Shown here: positions 42,725 to 48,915 of the stretch, piece after piece
How the letters are laid out: each line of letters begins with the position of its first letter
Numbering within the stretch: the first letter of the stretch is position 1
DNA from: a virus
Reading direction: 5' to 3' (one strand)
IMG/VR virus record: IMGVR_UViG_3300050500_000499
Length of the DNA: 48,915 nucleotides
Notes under the pieces: generated by a model
What the model saw: the letters and a program-made list of their open reading frames with translations, nothing else
Told to the model about the DNA's origin: nothing
The model's database searches: none
Position numbers and translations under genes: made by a program

Positions 42725-43305
42725 GCGGGGAGCCTTTCCAATTCGCGTTTCAGCGAGGTGAGCATGTCGGCGGGCTCTCCAGCGTTCTGGATGCTGATAA
42801 CTCTAACGTCGGGAGGCTTGACCCAATTGCCAAGGTCGCCAGTCCAAGAGCAGCCGGGGCGCTGGATTTGAATAATGAGAAGGCGGAAAACGCCCTCGTT
42901 TCGGATAAAGGGCTCGATGTCGCCGGGGGTGCGCAGATCGTCGAACAGGAAATGGCGATAGTACATTTCCTGTTCCTGTGTTGCGCGGTGGGCGAGCTGG
43001 CCGAAGATCGATTCGCCATGCAACAGGTGCATAAAGCGGCCGAACTCGACTATCCATTTGCGGTGGGAAACTTGGGTGCCGGGAATGAGGGATTTTTTCG
43101 TCTCACCATCAGCGAGATTCAAGCTCGATGGGGTGTATAGGTTGTCGGGGTAAAAGGTCGCGGTTAGCGCCATGCGGATAGGGTCGGCGAAGCTGAGTTT
43201 GCAAACCTCGTGATTTGCAATCAGGAGTTCGGCAAGAGTCGTCTTGCCGGAACCAGGAGGCGCGTTGAGGAAAATGAATTTGGGGAGGCTGAGGCTGTGG
43301 GTCAT
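42721..43305 (-). CDS. dNMP kinase-like P-loop kinase, 194 aa.
   Basis: FIFLNAPPGSGKTTLAELL followed by SFADPIR, as in phage deoxynucleoside monophosphate kinases. Confidence 0.6.
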   Translation of the reverse strand: MTHSLSLPKFIFLNAPPGSGKTTLAELLIANHEVCKLSFADPIRMALTATFYPDNLYTPSSLNLADGETKKSLIPGTQVSHRKWIVEFGRFMHLLHGESIFGQLAHRATQEQEMYYRHFLFDDLRTPGDIEPFIRNEGVFRLLIIQIQRPGCSWTGDLGNWVKPPDVRVISIQNAGEPADMLTSLKRELERLPA

Positions 43306-43538
43306 AGCATGTCCACGGTTGGAGTAACTTTGCGGGAGGAGCCGGAGCCAGAGCTAGGGCGGCCGGAGCGCGAAGATTCGCTCGCCCGCCCCCGAAGGAT
43401 GCGGAGGATGCACACCAATTCCTGGAGAACGGGGTCGGATTTCGGGTCGGGGAGCGCGATTAGCTCATTGCGTCGGGCCTGAAGGTCGAGGGTCGGCCGG
43501 TCGCGCAAATCGGGGAACAAATCCATGACGTCAGGCAT
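43302..43538 (-). CDS. Hypothetical protein, 78 aa.
   Basis: ATGA overlap downstream and an 8-nt overlap upstream. Confidence 0.5.
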   Translation of the reverse strand: MPDVMDLFPDLRDRPTLDLQARRNELIALPDPKSDPVLQELVCILRILRGRASESSRSGRPSSGSGSSRKVTPTVDML

Positions 43539-43761
43539 TGGTGCTCCTTGGCAGGAAGCAATAGGTGCGCCCCTGCGGCAATTCGTTGTGGCGTTGCGCG
43601 TAGCGGAAGCTATTAAGACTCGCGATGTGCTCAGAGGAAAGCAGGACTTCGGCGATACGCCGTCCGCTTTCGTCGAGCAACAAAACGTGCGGATGGGGGC
43701 AGTGGCCGCAGGACCAGATTTGGATCGAGGCGGCGCGCGGCGGGGGGTCGATGTCGGTCAT
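43531..43761 (-). CDS. Hypothetical protein, 76 aa.
   Basis: CGHCPHPH motif. ATGA overlap with the RHH gene. Confidence 0.5.
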   Translation of the reverse strand: MTDIDPPPRAASIQIWSCGHCPHPHVLLLDESGRRIAEVLLSSEHIASLNSFRYAQRHNELPQGRTYCFLPRSTNA

Positions 43762-43964
43762 TGGACTTCTCCGGCATGGAGTTTAACGCCCCGCGATTCG
43801 AGGTATTTGATGATGAGTTCTTGGATGATTTTGCTCCGCTCGCCGTAGCGCGGATTGCGGGTCACAGGATCATGAATCTCTGGAAGCATTTCGAAGTGGG
43901 CGTTCACCGTCGCGTCGATGTTGATGCGAAGGCGAACGTAGGGAGCTTTTCGGTTCGGAGTCAT
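43758..43964 (-). CDS. Ribbon-helix-helix (Arc/MetJ/CopG-like) DNA-binding protein, 68 aa.
   Basis: YVRLRINIDATVNAHFEML (beta strand then helix) and RSKIIQELIIKYLE (second helix). It is the first gene after the promoter-like element. Confidence 0.55.
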   Translation of the reverse strand: MTPNRKAPYVRLRINIDATVNAHFEMLPEIHDPVTRNPRYGERSKIIQELIIKYLESRGVKLHAGEVQ

Positions 43965-43984
43965 TAGGGGTTCAGTTACTCGCT

Positions 43985-44022
43985 AAAAGGGGCCTGTGTT
44001 GGGGGGCAGCATAGGCCCCTTT
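43985..44022 (-). terminator. GGGGCC/GGCCCC stem-loop family copy with a T-tract on the reverse strand.
   Basis: The reverse strand reads GAAAGGGGCCTATGCTGCCCCCCAACACAGGCCCCTTTTAG. Confidence 0.5.
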
Positions 44023-44036
44023 CCCGGAATTGTCAA
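44008..44036 (-). promoter_or_regulatory. Sigma70-type promoter overlapping the stem-loop.
   Basis: The reverse strand reads TTGACA (44036-44031), a 17-nt spacer attccgggaaaggggcc, then TATGCT (44013-44008). It lies upstream of the RHH gene. Confidence 0.55.
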
Positions 44037-44051
44037 GAAAAAAATACGAGT

Positions 44052-44228
44052 TCATGGATAGCCGCTCCCACCATTGAGGTAATTGACGCGGGCGCGAGCA
44101 TCGGCTTCAGCAGAGTCGCCTTCGAACGTTTCAAGTTTCATCCACTGTTGGTCAAGCCAATAACCGATTTCATAATAAAAACGCGCTGGGTTTGAGCCGC
44201 TGTATAGGAATTTGCGGTAGGTGTGCAT
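44052..44228 (-). CDS. Hypothetical protein, 58 aa.
   Basis: ATG at 44228 follows aaaggaatcctcccc. The longer track ORF overlaps the upstream gene. Confidence 0.45.
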   Translation of the reverse strand: MHTYRKFLYSGSNPARFYYEIGYWLDQQWMKLETFEGDSAEADARARVNYLNGGSGYP

Positions 44229-44241
44229 GGGGAGGATTCCT

Positions 44242-44613
44242 TTATGCGTTGTGATAGCCGTCGAGAATTTGGATTTGATTTTTGAGTCCCTTTTCGTAGG
44301 ACTCTCGGAGGCGGGCGTCCAGATCGGGACGGGAAATGCAGGAGCGGCAAATGCCGCTGGCGACGCACGTTTTAGCATGTGTGAGGTCGATTGGCATCAA
44401 GAGGCAGAATCGGAGCGGTGTGTTGTGCGCAGTGAACTCTGTCGTGCAGTCGAGGCAAATGCAGAGGGGGCCTGTGCCGGGCTTGGCGTTGCGGATTATG
44501 GAGAGGGAATTGTCGATGGCCTCGACAATAGCAAGAGACTCTTCGGTAGGAGAGCCAAGGGTTCGAGCTAGGAGGTTGAGCGGCCCGATTATGTGGAGTT
44601 CATAAAGTTCCAT
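44242..44613 (-). CDS. Cys-rich hypothetical protein, 123 aa.
   Basis: CICLDC and CVASGICRSC clusters. TAATG overlap upstream. Confidence 0.55.
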   Translation of the reverse strand: MELYELHIIGPLNLLARTLGSPTEESLAIVEAIDNSLSIIRNAKPGTGPLCICLDCTTEFTAHNTPLRFCLLMPIDLTHAKTCVASGICRSCISRPDLDARLRESYEKGLKNQIQILDGYHNA

Positions 44614-44933
44614 TAAAGCTTCTCCAGTTCGGCTTGATCGAGAGTCTTGAGCAGCAAGCCGATGAGGACTATTTCGAAGTCGGATCGGCGGCGGCCCGGC
44701 TTGTGGATTGTACGAATCTCAATATGACGCTCCGTCCCGAGATCGTTATCCGACCAAGTGCTATGTTCGAAGGACTCGCCTCGGAGCCACCAGTTGAGAG
44801 CTTGGGTGGCGGAGTGCTTGTGTTTGAAGAGTCGAGGGGGGTCGCTGGTCGAAGGTTCGGCTCGGGTGAATCCATAGCTGGAGAGGCTTGGGAGGAAGCC
44901 GCCGCTTGGTTTGTGTCGGATGGCGAAGAACAT
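44613..44933 (-). CDS. Hypothetical protein, 106 aa.
   Basis: Starts MFFAIRHKPSGGFLP and contains PRLFKHKHSATQALNWWLRG. No function recognised. Confidence 0.55.
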   Translation of the reverse strand: MFFAIRHKPSGGFLPSLSSYGFTRAEPSTSDPPRLFKHKHSATQALNWWLRGESFEHSTWSDNDLGTERHIEIRTIHKPGRRRSDFEIVLIGLLLKTLDQAELEKL

Positions 44934-44945
44934 GGATGGAGTCCT

Positions 44946-45341
44946 TCATTGCTCGATTTTGGATCGGAGGACATGCTCTATTTCCTCATGCAGCGTGGCG
45001 GGAAGCTTGGCAGGACCGAACAGTGCGCGGATACGGAAGTCGAAGCCGCGCTTAATAGAATGCTCGTGCAGGGCTGCAAGCATGCCGCTGCTCCAGTCGT
45101 GATCCGTATAGTAGACGGAGTAATCGGCGACGGGGAGCCAGGCGAGGCCGGCCTTGATTCCGAGTTCGCGTTCCTCGGGCTTCGAGTCGTCGAGGAATTG
45201 TGTGTAGAGCAGATGGGAGGCGTGAATGCTCTCGCCGCGATTAACGCAATCGCGGGCGCACCATCGAGCATAGGCAATATTGTCGTCGATGGTGCGCCCA
45301 TTGCGCGCCGCGTAGGGGGATTCGAGGATGACTCGCTTCAT
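44946..45341 (-). CDS. DUF4406 / nucleoside 2-deoxyribosyltransferase-like protein, 131 aa.
   Basis: MKRVILESPYAA...ASHLLYTQFLDD...ERELGIKAGLAWL pattern. GAGG RBS. The track start at 45359 overlaps the upstream gene. Confidence 0.5.
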   Translation of the reverse strand: MKRVILESPYAARNGRTIDDNIAYARWCARDCVNRGESIHASHLLYTQFLDDSKPEERELGIKAGLAWLPVADYSVYYTDHDWSSGMLAALHEHSIKRGFDFRIRALFGPAKLPATLHEEIEHVLRSKIEQ

Positions 45342-45343
45342 GA

Positions 45344-45547
45344 TTATACCTCGGGGCAAAGGATGTGGTAGCGGAGGCAGCCGAAGCGCGCCGCGGGCGC
45401 GCTGTCCTCATCGATGAAGGAATAGCGACAATGTTTTACGCCCTTTCGGATAGGTTGGCCGCAGATGTCGCAGCGATAGTCCTTGCGGGCGCGCGGGCTG
45501 GTTTCGCTGAGGCGGCGGATTAGCGGTAGGTCGACAGAGTCAGTCAT
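45344..45547 (-). CDS. Small zinc-ribbon protein, paralog of 46733..46972, 67 aa.
   Basis: YRCDICGQPIRKGVKHCRY...CLRYHILCP. ATG at 45547 overlaps the upstream stop by 8 nt. Confidence 0.55.
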   Translation of the reverse strand: MTDSVDLPLIRRLSETSPRARKDYRCDICGQPIRKGVKHCRYSFIDEDSAPAARFGCLRYHILCPEV

Positions 45548-45797
45548 TTTTCGCTCCTTCCTCCTTTTCCTCCTCCTTTTCCTCCTCGTCTTCATCGTCG
45601 CCGAGGACTTCATTTTCGAACCAGCAGAGGAATTCGCCTACGTCGGTCCACTGGTTTTCGCTGGCTTCGAAGGAGACCATGTCGCGCTTGTTGGGCCACG
45701 GTATGGAGTCAATAGCGACCAGGTCGCTGATGGCTTCGAGCAAGCGGCCAATGGCCTCGCGGGCGCGGCTGTGTTCGGAGTCGAGGTCAATTGCCAT
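45540..45797 (-). CDS. Acidic protein with a poly-D/E tail, 85 aa.
   Basis: C-terminus is GDDEDEEEKEEEKEEGAKND, and the body is also acidic. Confidence 0.55.
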   Translation of the reverse strand: MAIDLDSEHSRAREAIGRLLEAISDLVAIDSIPWPNKRDMVSFEASENQWTDVGEFLCWFENEVLGDDEDEEEKEEEKEEGAKND

Positions 45798-46281
45798 GGT
45801 GCAGGGCTCCGGTTGAGGTTGCGGTTAAGGCGGCCTCGATGGCGTCGCGGGCGTCGAGGCGAGGATCATCGCTGTTGCCGTTGCTGCGCTTGGCGACGAG
45901 GCCGACAAGGCAGTTCGCCGCGGCAGTGACGCTGGCGTGCATGTCGGTGTTCTCGCGCACGAGACGTTCGTTCGAGGAGCGAAGCTCGTCGCGTTCGATT
46001 TTGAGCGCCTTTATGGTTTCCTCGGCGACCTTGATCTGGGCGCGCAGGGATTCGCATTGGTCCTTGGTATACGCAAGCTCGTTGTCGAGCTGCTCCCACT
46101 CGGCTTGCGCTTGCGCATACGCTTGGCTGCGGTAGCGGGGAGGGGCGTAGGCTTGGCCGGAGATCGGTGGCGCCATCGGCGCGGGGGCCTTCGGCTCAAG
46201 TCTCGTGTTCGTGTTGTTTTCGGACATGGAGGGGGTTCCTGATTGAGGGGCAGGGTTACGCAAAATTCGCGGGAGATTCAT
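45787..46281 (-). CDS. Coiled-coil protein, 164 aa.
   Basis: The central region WEQLDNELAYTKDQCESLRAQIKVAEETIKALKIERDELRSSNERLVREN has a heptad character. Confidence 0.55.
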   Translation of the reverse strand: MNLPRILRNPAPQSGTPSMSENNTNTRLEPKAPAPMAPPISGQAYAPPRYRSQAYAQAQAEWEQLDNELAYTKDQCESLRAQIKVAEETIKALKIERDELRSSNERLVRENTDMHASVTAAANCLVGLVAKRSNGNSDDPRLDARDAIEAALTATSTGALHHGN

Positions 46282-46505
46282 ACACTACTCCTGTTGGGCT
46301 GGGACTCACACGAGGACTTCATTTTCGAATCAGCAGAGGAAGCGCGGCTCTGCTCCAGGCCGAGAATTATCGCCGGAGCCTGCCAAGGATATTGGCCGTT
46401 CTGATTACAGCGGCAGACCAGCAGTCCCTTGAAATCGTCTTCGTAAATGCTGGTGGCGAAGTTGTCGTTGCCGACCTCATCCACCGCGATCCATCTTGAC
46501 GCCAT
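46278..46505 (-). CDS. Hypothetical protein, 75 aa.
   Basis: ATG at 46505 follows GGAGG. ATGA overlap downstream. Confidence 0.5.
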   Translation of the reverse strand: MASRWIAVDEVGNDNFATSIYEDDFKGLLVCRCNQNGQYPWQAPAIILGLEQSRASSADSKMKSSCESQPNRSSV

Positions 46506-46507
46506 TT

Positions 46508-46723
46508 TCAGCGCCTCCAGCCGTTGAAGTTTCCGATGTGGAATAGGCCGCAATGGGAGCAGGAGTAAGTGTCGAGGCGCTTTGGGGTTCCTCTGTTTCC
46601 CTTCTTGCTCTGCATGCGGCGGGCGACAGATTTCGCCAAGGCAAGGGACGCGAAACCGGCCTTGCCTTGGCACGCAGATCGAGGCTCATGGTCTGCGTTT
46701 TGGTATGGGCGGAGAGGCTTCAC
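46508..46723 (-). CDS. Small zinc-ribbon-like protein, 71 aa.
   Basis: GTG start after GAGGAGG. Cys residues in ACQGK and YSCSHCGLFHIG. Confidence 0.5.
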   Translation of the reverse strand: MKPLRPYQNADHEPRSACQGKAGFASLALAKSVARRMQSKKGNRGTPKRLDTYSCSHCGLFHIGNFNGWRR

Positions 46724-46732
46724 TTGACCTCC

Positions 46733-46972
46733 TCAATAATGGTGTTGCGGAAGGGGCGCTTCACGCCCCTCCATCGGTGGGCAGGTGAAGTGGAAGCGGA
46801 CGCAGCGGAGGTTGCGGCGATCGAGCGCAAGGTTGTAGCGGTAAACGAATCTGGTGTGCTTTTCCCCACTCGGAATTAGGAATCCGCATAAGCCGCAAGT
46901 GTGGGCGAGTTTTGCTCGCGGTTGCGATTCGCAGATGAGGGTGATAGGACTCTGGTCAAAGGTTGCTGACAT
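46733..46972 (-). CDS. Small zinc-ribbon protein, paralog of 45344..45547, 79 aa.
   Basis: ATG at 46972 follows AGGAG. HTCGLCGFLIPSGEKHTRF...CVRFHFTCP aligns with the other copy. Confidence 0.5.
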   Translation of the reverse strand: MSATFDQSPITLICESQPRAKLAHTCGLCGFLIPSGEKHTRFVYRYNLALDRRNLRCVRFHFTCPPMEGREAPLPQHHY

Positions 46973-47171
46973 TGGAGGCTCCTGATTTTGGCTTCGCTTT
47001 GCGGGGCCGGTTGTGTGGTGTACGAGGGCGGGGGGCGAGAGAGCAGAATTCGATGCCTTCCTTTTCCAGGAGGTAGGTGAGCAAGGCTTCCTGGCGGGAG
47101 TGTTCGGGGACCTGGTAGACCAGGACATTATTCGTGTTTTCGGGGTCGATAACGAGGAGGCGAGTAATCAT
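46956..47171 (-). CDS. Hypothetical protein, 71 aa.
   Basis: AGGAG RBS. ATGA overlap with the upstream stop. Confidence 0.5.
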   Translation of the reverse strand: MITRLLVIDPENTNNVLVYQVPEHSRQEALLTYLLEKEGIEFCSLAPRPRTPHNRPRKAKPKSGASNVSNL

Positions 47172-47425
47172 TGTGAGGACTCCTGCTCATCATCGAATGC
47201 GACGCGCATGAGGGTTAAGAGTTCGTTGCAGCTGCGAGCATAGCGGGCGAGCCGCCGCAACAAGTGGTCGCTGTGGGGCCACGAGTGGCGCCAGAGCTTG
47301 TGGTAGGCGAAGCGGGCGCCGCGTGTCGATTGGGACTCGAGGCGGGGGATTTCGAATGAGCCTTTATTCGGCATTGGGGGGAGCGCCTGTTTTTCGCTCT
47401 TGGGGGGTGGGGCCGCTTCCTGCAC
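47168..47425 (-). CDS. Hypothetical protein, start uncertain (GTG 47425 or ATG 47374).
   Basis: The 5' part of the 180-aa track ORF overlaps 47439..48101. AGGAG lies 10 nt before GTG 47425. No motif recognised. Confidence 0.4.
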   Translation of the reverse strand: MQEAAPPPKSEKQALPPMPNKGSFEIPRLESQSTRGARFAYHKLWRHSWPHSDHLLRRLARYARSCNELLTLMRVAFDDEQESSQ

Positions 47426-47438
47426 TCCGGTGGTGCTC

Positions 47439-48101
47439 CTATAGCTGATCGGTGCTCGGGGCTTGGTGGCGGCGGAGTTTGGCGTCGCAAGTGTCATGAT
47501 GCACAACCCAGGCGTCGGTGCCCGCGTGCTTTGTGGCCTTGCCGCTGCCGGCTTCGACCCAGGTGCCGCAGGAAATGCAGGCTTTGCCGAATTTGTTTGT
47601 AATGGTGGTTGATTTGGCGTTGGTGGCGTTGGTGTAGCAGGATGGGCAGAGCTTTTGGCCGTGCCGCGGTCCATAGGTGGGGACTCGGAAGTTGGAGGTG
47701 CGCATGCCACAATCGGCGCAGGGGACAGTCGTGGCCTTTTGATAGCAAGCTAGACAGTACTTGTGGCCAGCGTGGTAGTGGACTTGGGCCGCGCGCAGAG
47801 CCATGCCGCAGTCGTAGCAGGAAAAGCTGCGAGGCGGCGGGGGTGCCGGCTTCGGCTGGGGCGGAGCGCTCGGCCTAATGGTGGGGCGCGCGGTGGCGGC
47901 GAAGGGGTCGCCCACAACCATGATGCGGCCGGTGAGGATTTCCTCCCAGTCTTTGTTCAGCTTTTTGAGCTCTTCGTTGGCCTTGCGCATGGCAAGGAGC
48001 GCCTCGGCGTTGTTGGTCGAGGTTGTGAGCTTCAAGAGCTTGATGAGCCGGGTGAGGCTAAACGCCTCACCCTTATCTGCTCCGTTGCCGGGCCCGGTCA
48101 T
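47439..48101 (-). CDS. DUF2786-like N-terminus plus a multi-CxxC zinc-finger protein, 220 aa.
   Basis: LIKLLKLTTSTNNAEALLAMRKANEEL is DUF2786-like. It is followed by a Pro-rich linker and then CYDC, CLAC, CADC, CPSC and CISC pairs. Confidence 0.6.
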   Translation of the reverse strand: MTGPGNGADKGEAFSLTRLIKLLKLTTSTNNAEALLAMRKANEELKKLNKDWEEILTGRIMVVGDPFAATARPTIRPSAPPQPKPAPPPPRSFSCYDCGMALRAAQVHYHAGHKYCLACYQKATTVPCADCGMRTSNFRVPTYGPRHGQKLCPSCYTNATNAKSTTITNKFGKACISCGTWVEAGSGKATKHAGTDAWVVHHDTCDAKLRRHQAPSTDQL

Positions 48102-48796
48102 TGGTCCTCTCTGCTCCCGGTTTGGTCGGTCAACATGCCGCCGAAGTGGGAGCGCTCGTCGTCATCGAACTCCATTGAGGTGCCAAATTGAGAGTAACGT
48201 GTGCGCTTTTTGGCCAGGGATTTTGCGGCCTCCTCGAGCAGAGCCTTTTGGACGCTAACGGTGTTGCCCGGATTGGCTCCAAGCGAGGCTCCGAGCTTTT
48301 CGTTGTTGAAGTCGCAGCCGAGGAAGGTGACCTGATAGCCTTGGGCGCGGGCCCAGTTCAAGAAGCCGGAGGCTTGGTCGAGGTCGGTGAACTTGCTGTC
48401 ATTTTCGTCGCCGTCGGTCGCGATGGTCAAATGGGCCTTGCTCGGGGCTTCGTCGCGGAGGCGCCAGCAGGCGAGCTGGATTCCATCATATAATGGTGTC
48501 ATGCCGCCGGTCGGCTGGATTTGAGGAATGTGGTCCACGACAAGGGGCTGCCAGTCGTTGACGTGGCAGTCGCGGTAGCACACGTCCATGCCGCCGCTGC
48601 TAAAGCCGACGACATAGATCGAGGTATTAATCTTGTCCCATTGCAGGCATTGGACGTAGGCGTCGATTGCCTTGCAAATGTCGGTCCATTGCGAGATCAT
48701 GGAGCTCGAGCAGTCGAGCAAAATGATGTCGCGCTGAGTCGAAATGCGGGCGGGGATGCCAGAGCGGATAGCTGGGGTTTGGTCTTCGTGTAGCAT
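48098..48796 (-). CDS. von Willebrand factor A (vWA) domain protein, 232 aa.
   Basis: MIDAS residues: ILLDCSSSM (DxSxS), GGMTPL (Thr) and IATDGDEND (Asp). The start codon lies inside the terminal repeat (48796 = position 8). Confidence 0.75.
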   Translation of the reverse strand: MLHEDQTPAIRSGIPARISTQRDIILLDCSSSMISQWTDICKAIDAYVQCLQWDKINTSIYVVGFSSGGMDVCYRDCHVNDWQPLVVDHIPQIQPTGGMTPLYDGIQLACWRLRDEAPSKAHLTIATDGDENDSKFTDLDQASGFLNWARAQGYQVTFLGCDFNNEKLGASLGANPGNTVSVQKALLEEAAKSLAKKRTRYSQFGTSMEFDDDERSHFGGMLTDQTGSREDQ

Positions 48797-48915
48797 TGAG
48801 CTTGGTCCTTTCGGGTTTGGGTTTCAGTTTTGCAGTTCGGATTCGATCTCGCTGATCGTGTAGAGACGATCGACGATCTCTTTGCCGTAGCGATCCATGT
48901 TCTCGACCGCGCCAG
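48789..48915. repeat. Terminal direct repeat copy 2, identical to 1..127.
   Basis: Same 127 nt as the window start, at an offset of 48,788. Confidence 0.9.

Noticed and set aside
43758-43964. The RHH protein taken as evidence for a lysogeny switch or toxin-antitoxin pair.
   Set aside because: No integrase, excisionase, CI-like repressor or recognisable toxin lies adjacent. An RHH regulator alone does not indicate a temperate lifestyle.
1-48915. A search for tRNA, rRNA, tmRNA or other structured RNA genes.
   Set aside because: I saw no cloverleaf-like segments or conserved RNA boxes in the few intergenic gaps. Only the stem-loops listed above were found. A tRNAscan or covariance-model scan would be needed to be certain.

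Overview
The window is a complete genome of a tailed dsDNA phage. Bases 1-127 are identical to 48789-48915, so the unit length is 48,788 bp and the molecule is either circular or terminally redundant. All product calls come from reading motifs by eye. No database search was run.

Architecture:
- One divergent control region lies at 2521-3046 and one convergent stop region at about 33048-33122.
- The rightward block (3047->33047) holds small accessory genes, a 765-aa protein with 24 tandem 20-aa repeats, large terminase, portal, scaffold candidate, major capsid, two glycosyltransferase-like genes, an adaptor candidate and a tail-collar fiber. It continues with a lysis cassette containing overlapped spanins, tail proteins, internal virion proteins and a 2055-aa polyvalent protein.
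- The leftward block runs 2520->1, wraps to 48796 and ends at 33123. It holds early small zinc-ribbon proteins, an IS110 Tnp-domain-only protein, a vWA protein and an RHH protein. It also carries a dNMP kinase, a Cas4-like exonuclease, a Sak4-like ATPase, a ParB-methyltransferase fusion and a helicase-like ATPase.
- This block also contains a family A DNA polymerase split into two ORFs by a dUTPase plus winged-helix cassette.
- The genome looks podovirus-like because I saw no tape measure, tube or sheath gene. The spanins point to a Gram-negative host.
- I found no tRNA, rRNA, CRISPR array, integrase, reverse transcriptase, phage RNA polymerase or primase.

Most interesting observations:
- The split UDG-Exo-PolA with a dUTPase inside it, and a His at the Phe762 position.
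- The Cys/Thr-ladder repeat protein.
- Glycosyltransferase-like genes inside the structural module.
- The Tnp-domain-only early protein with upstream iterons.
- A family of GGGGCC/GGCCCC stem-loops at block boundaries.
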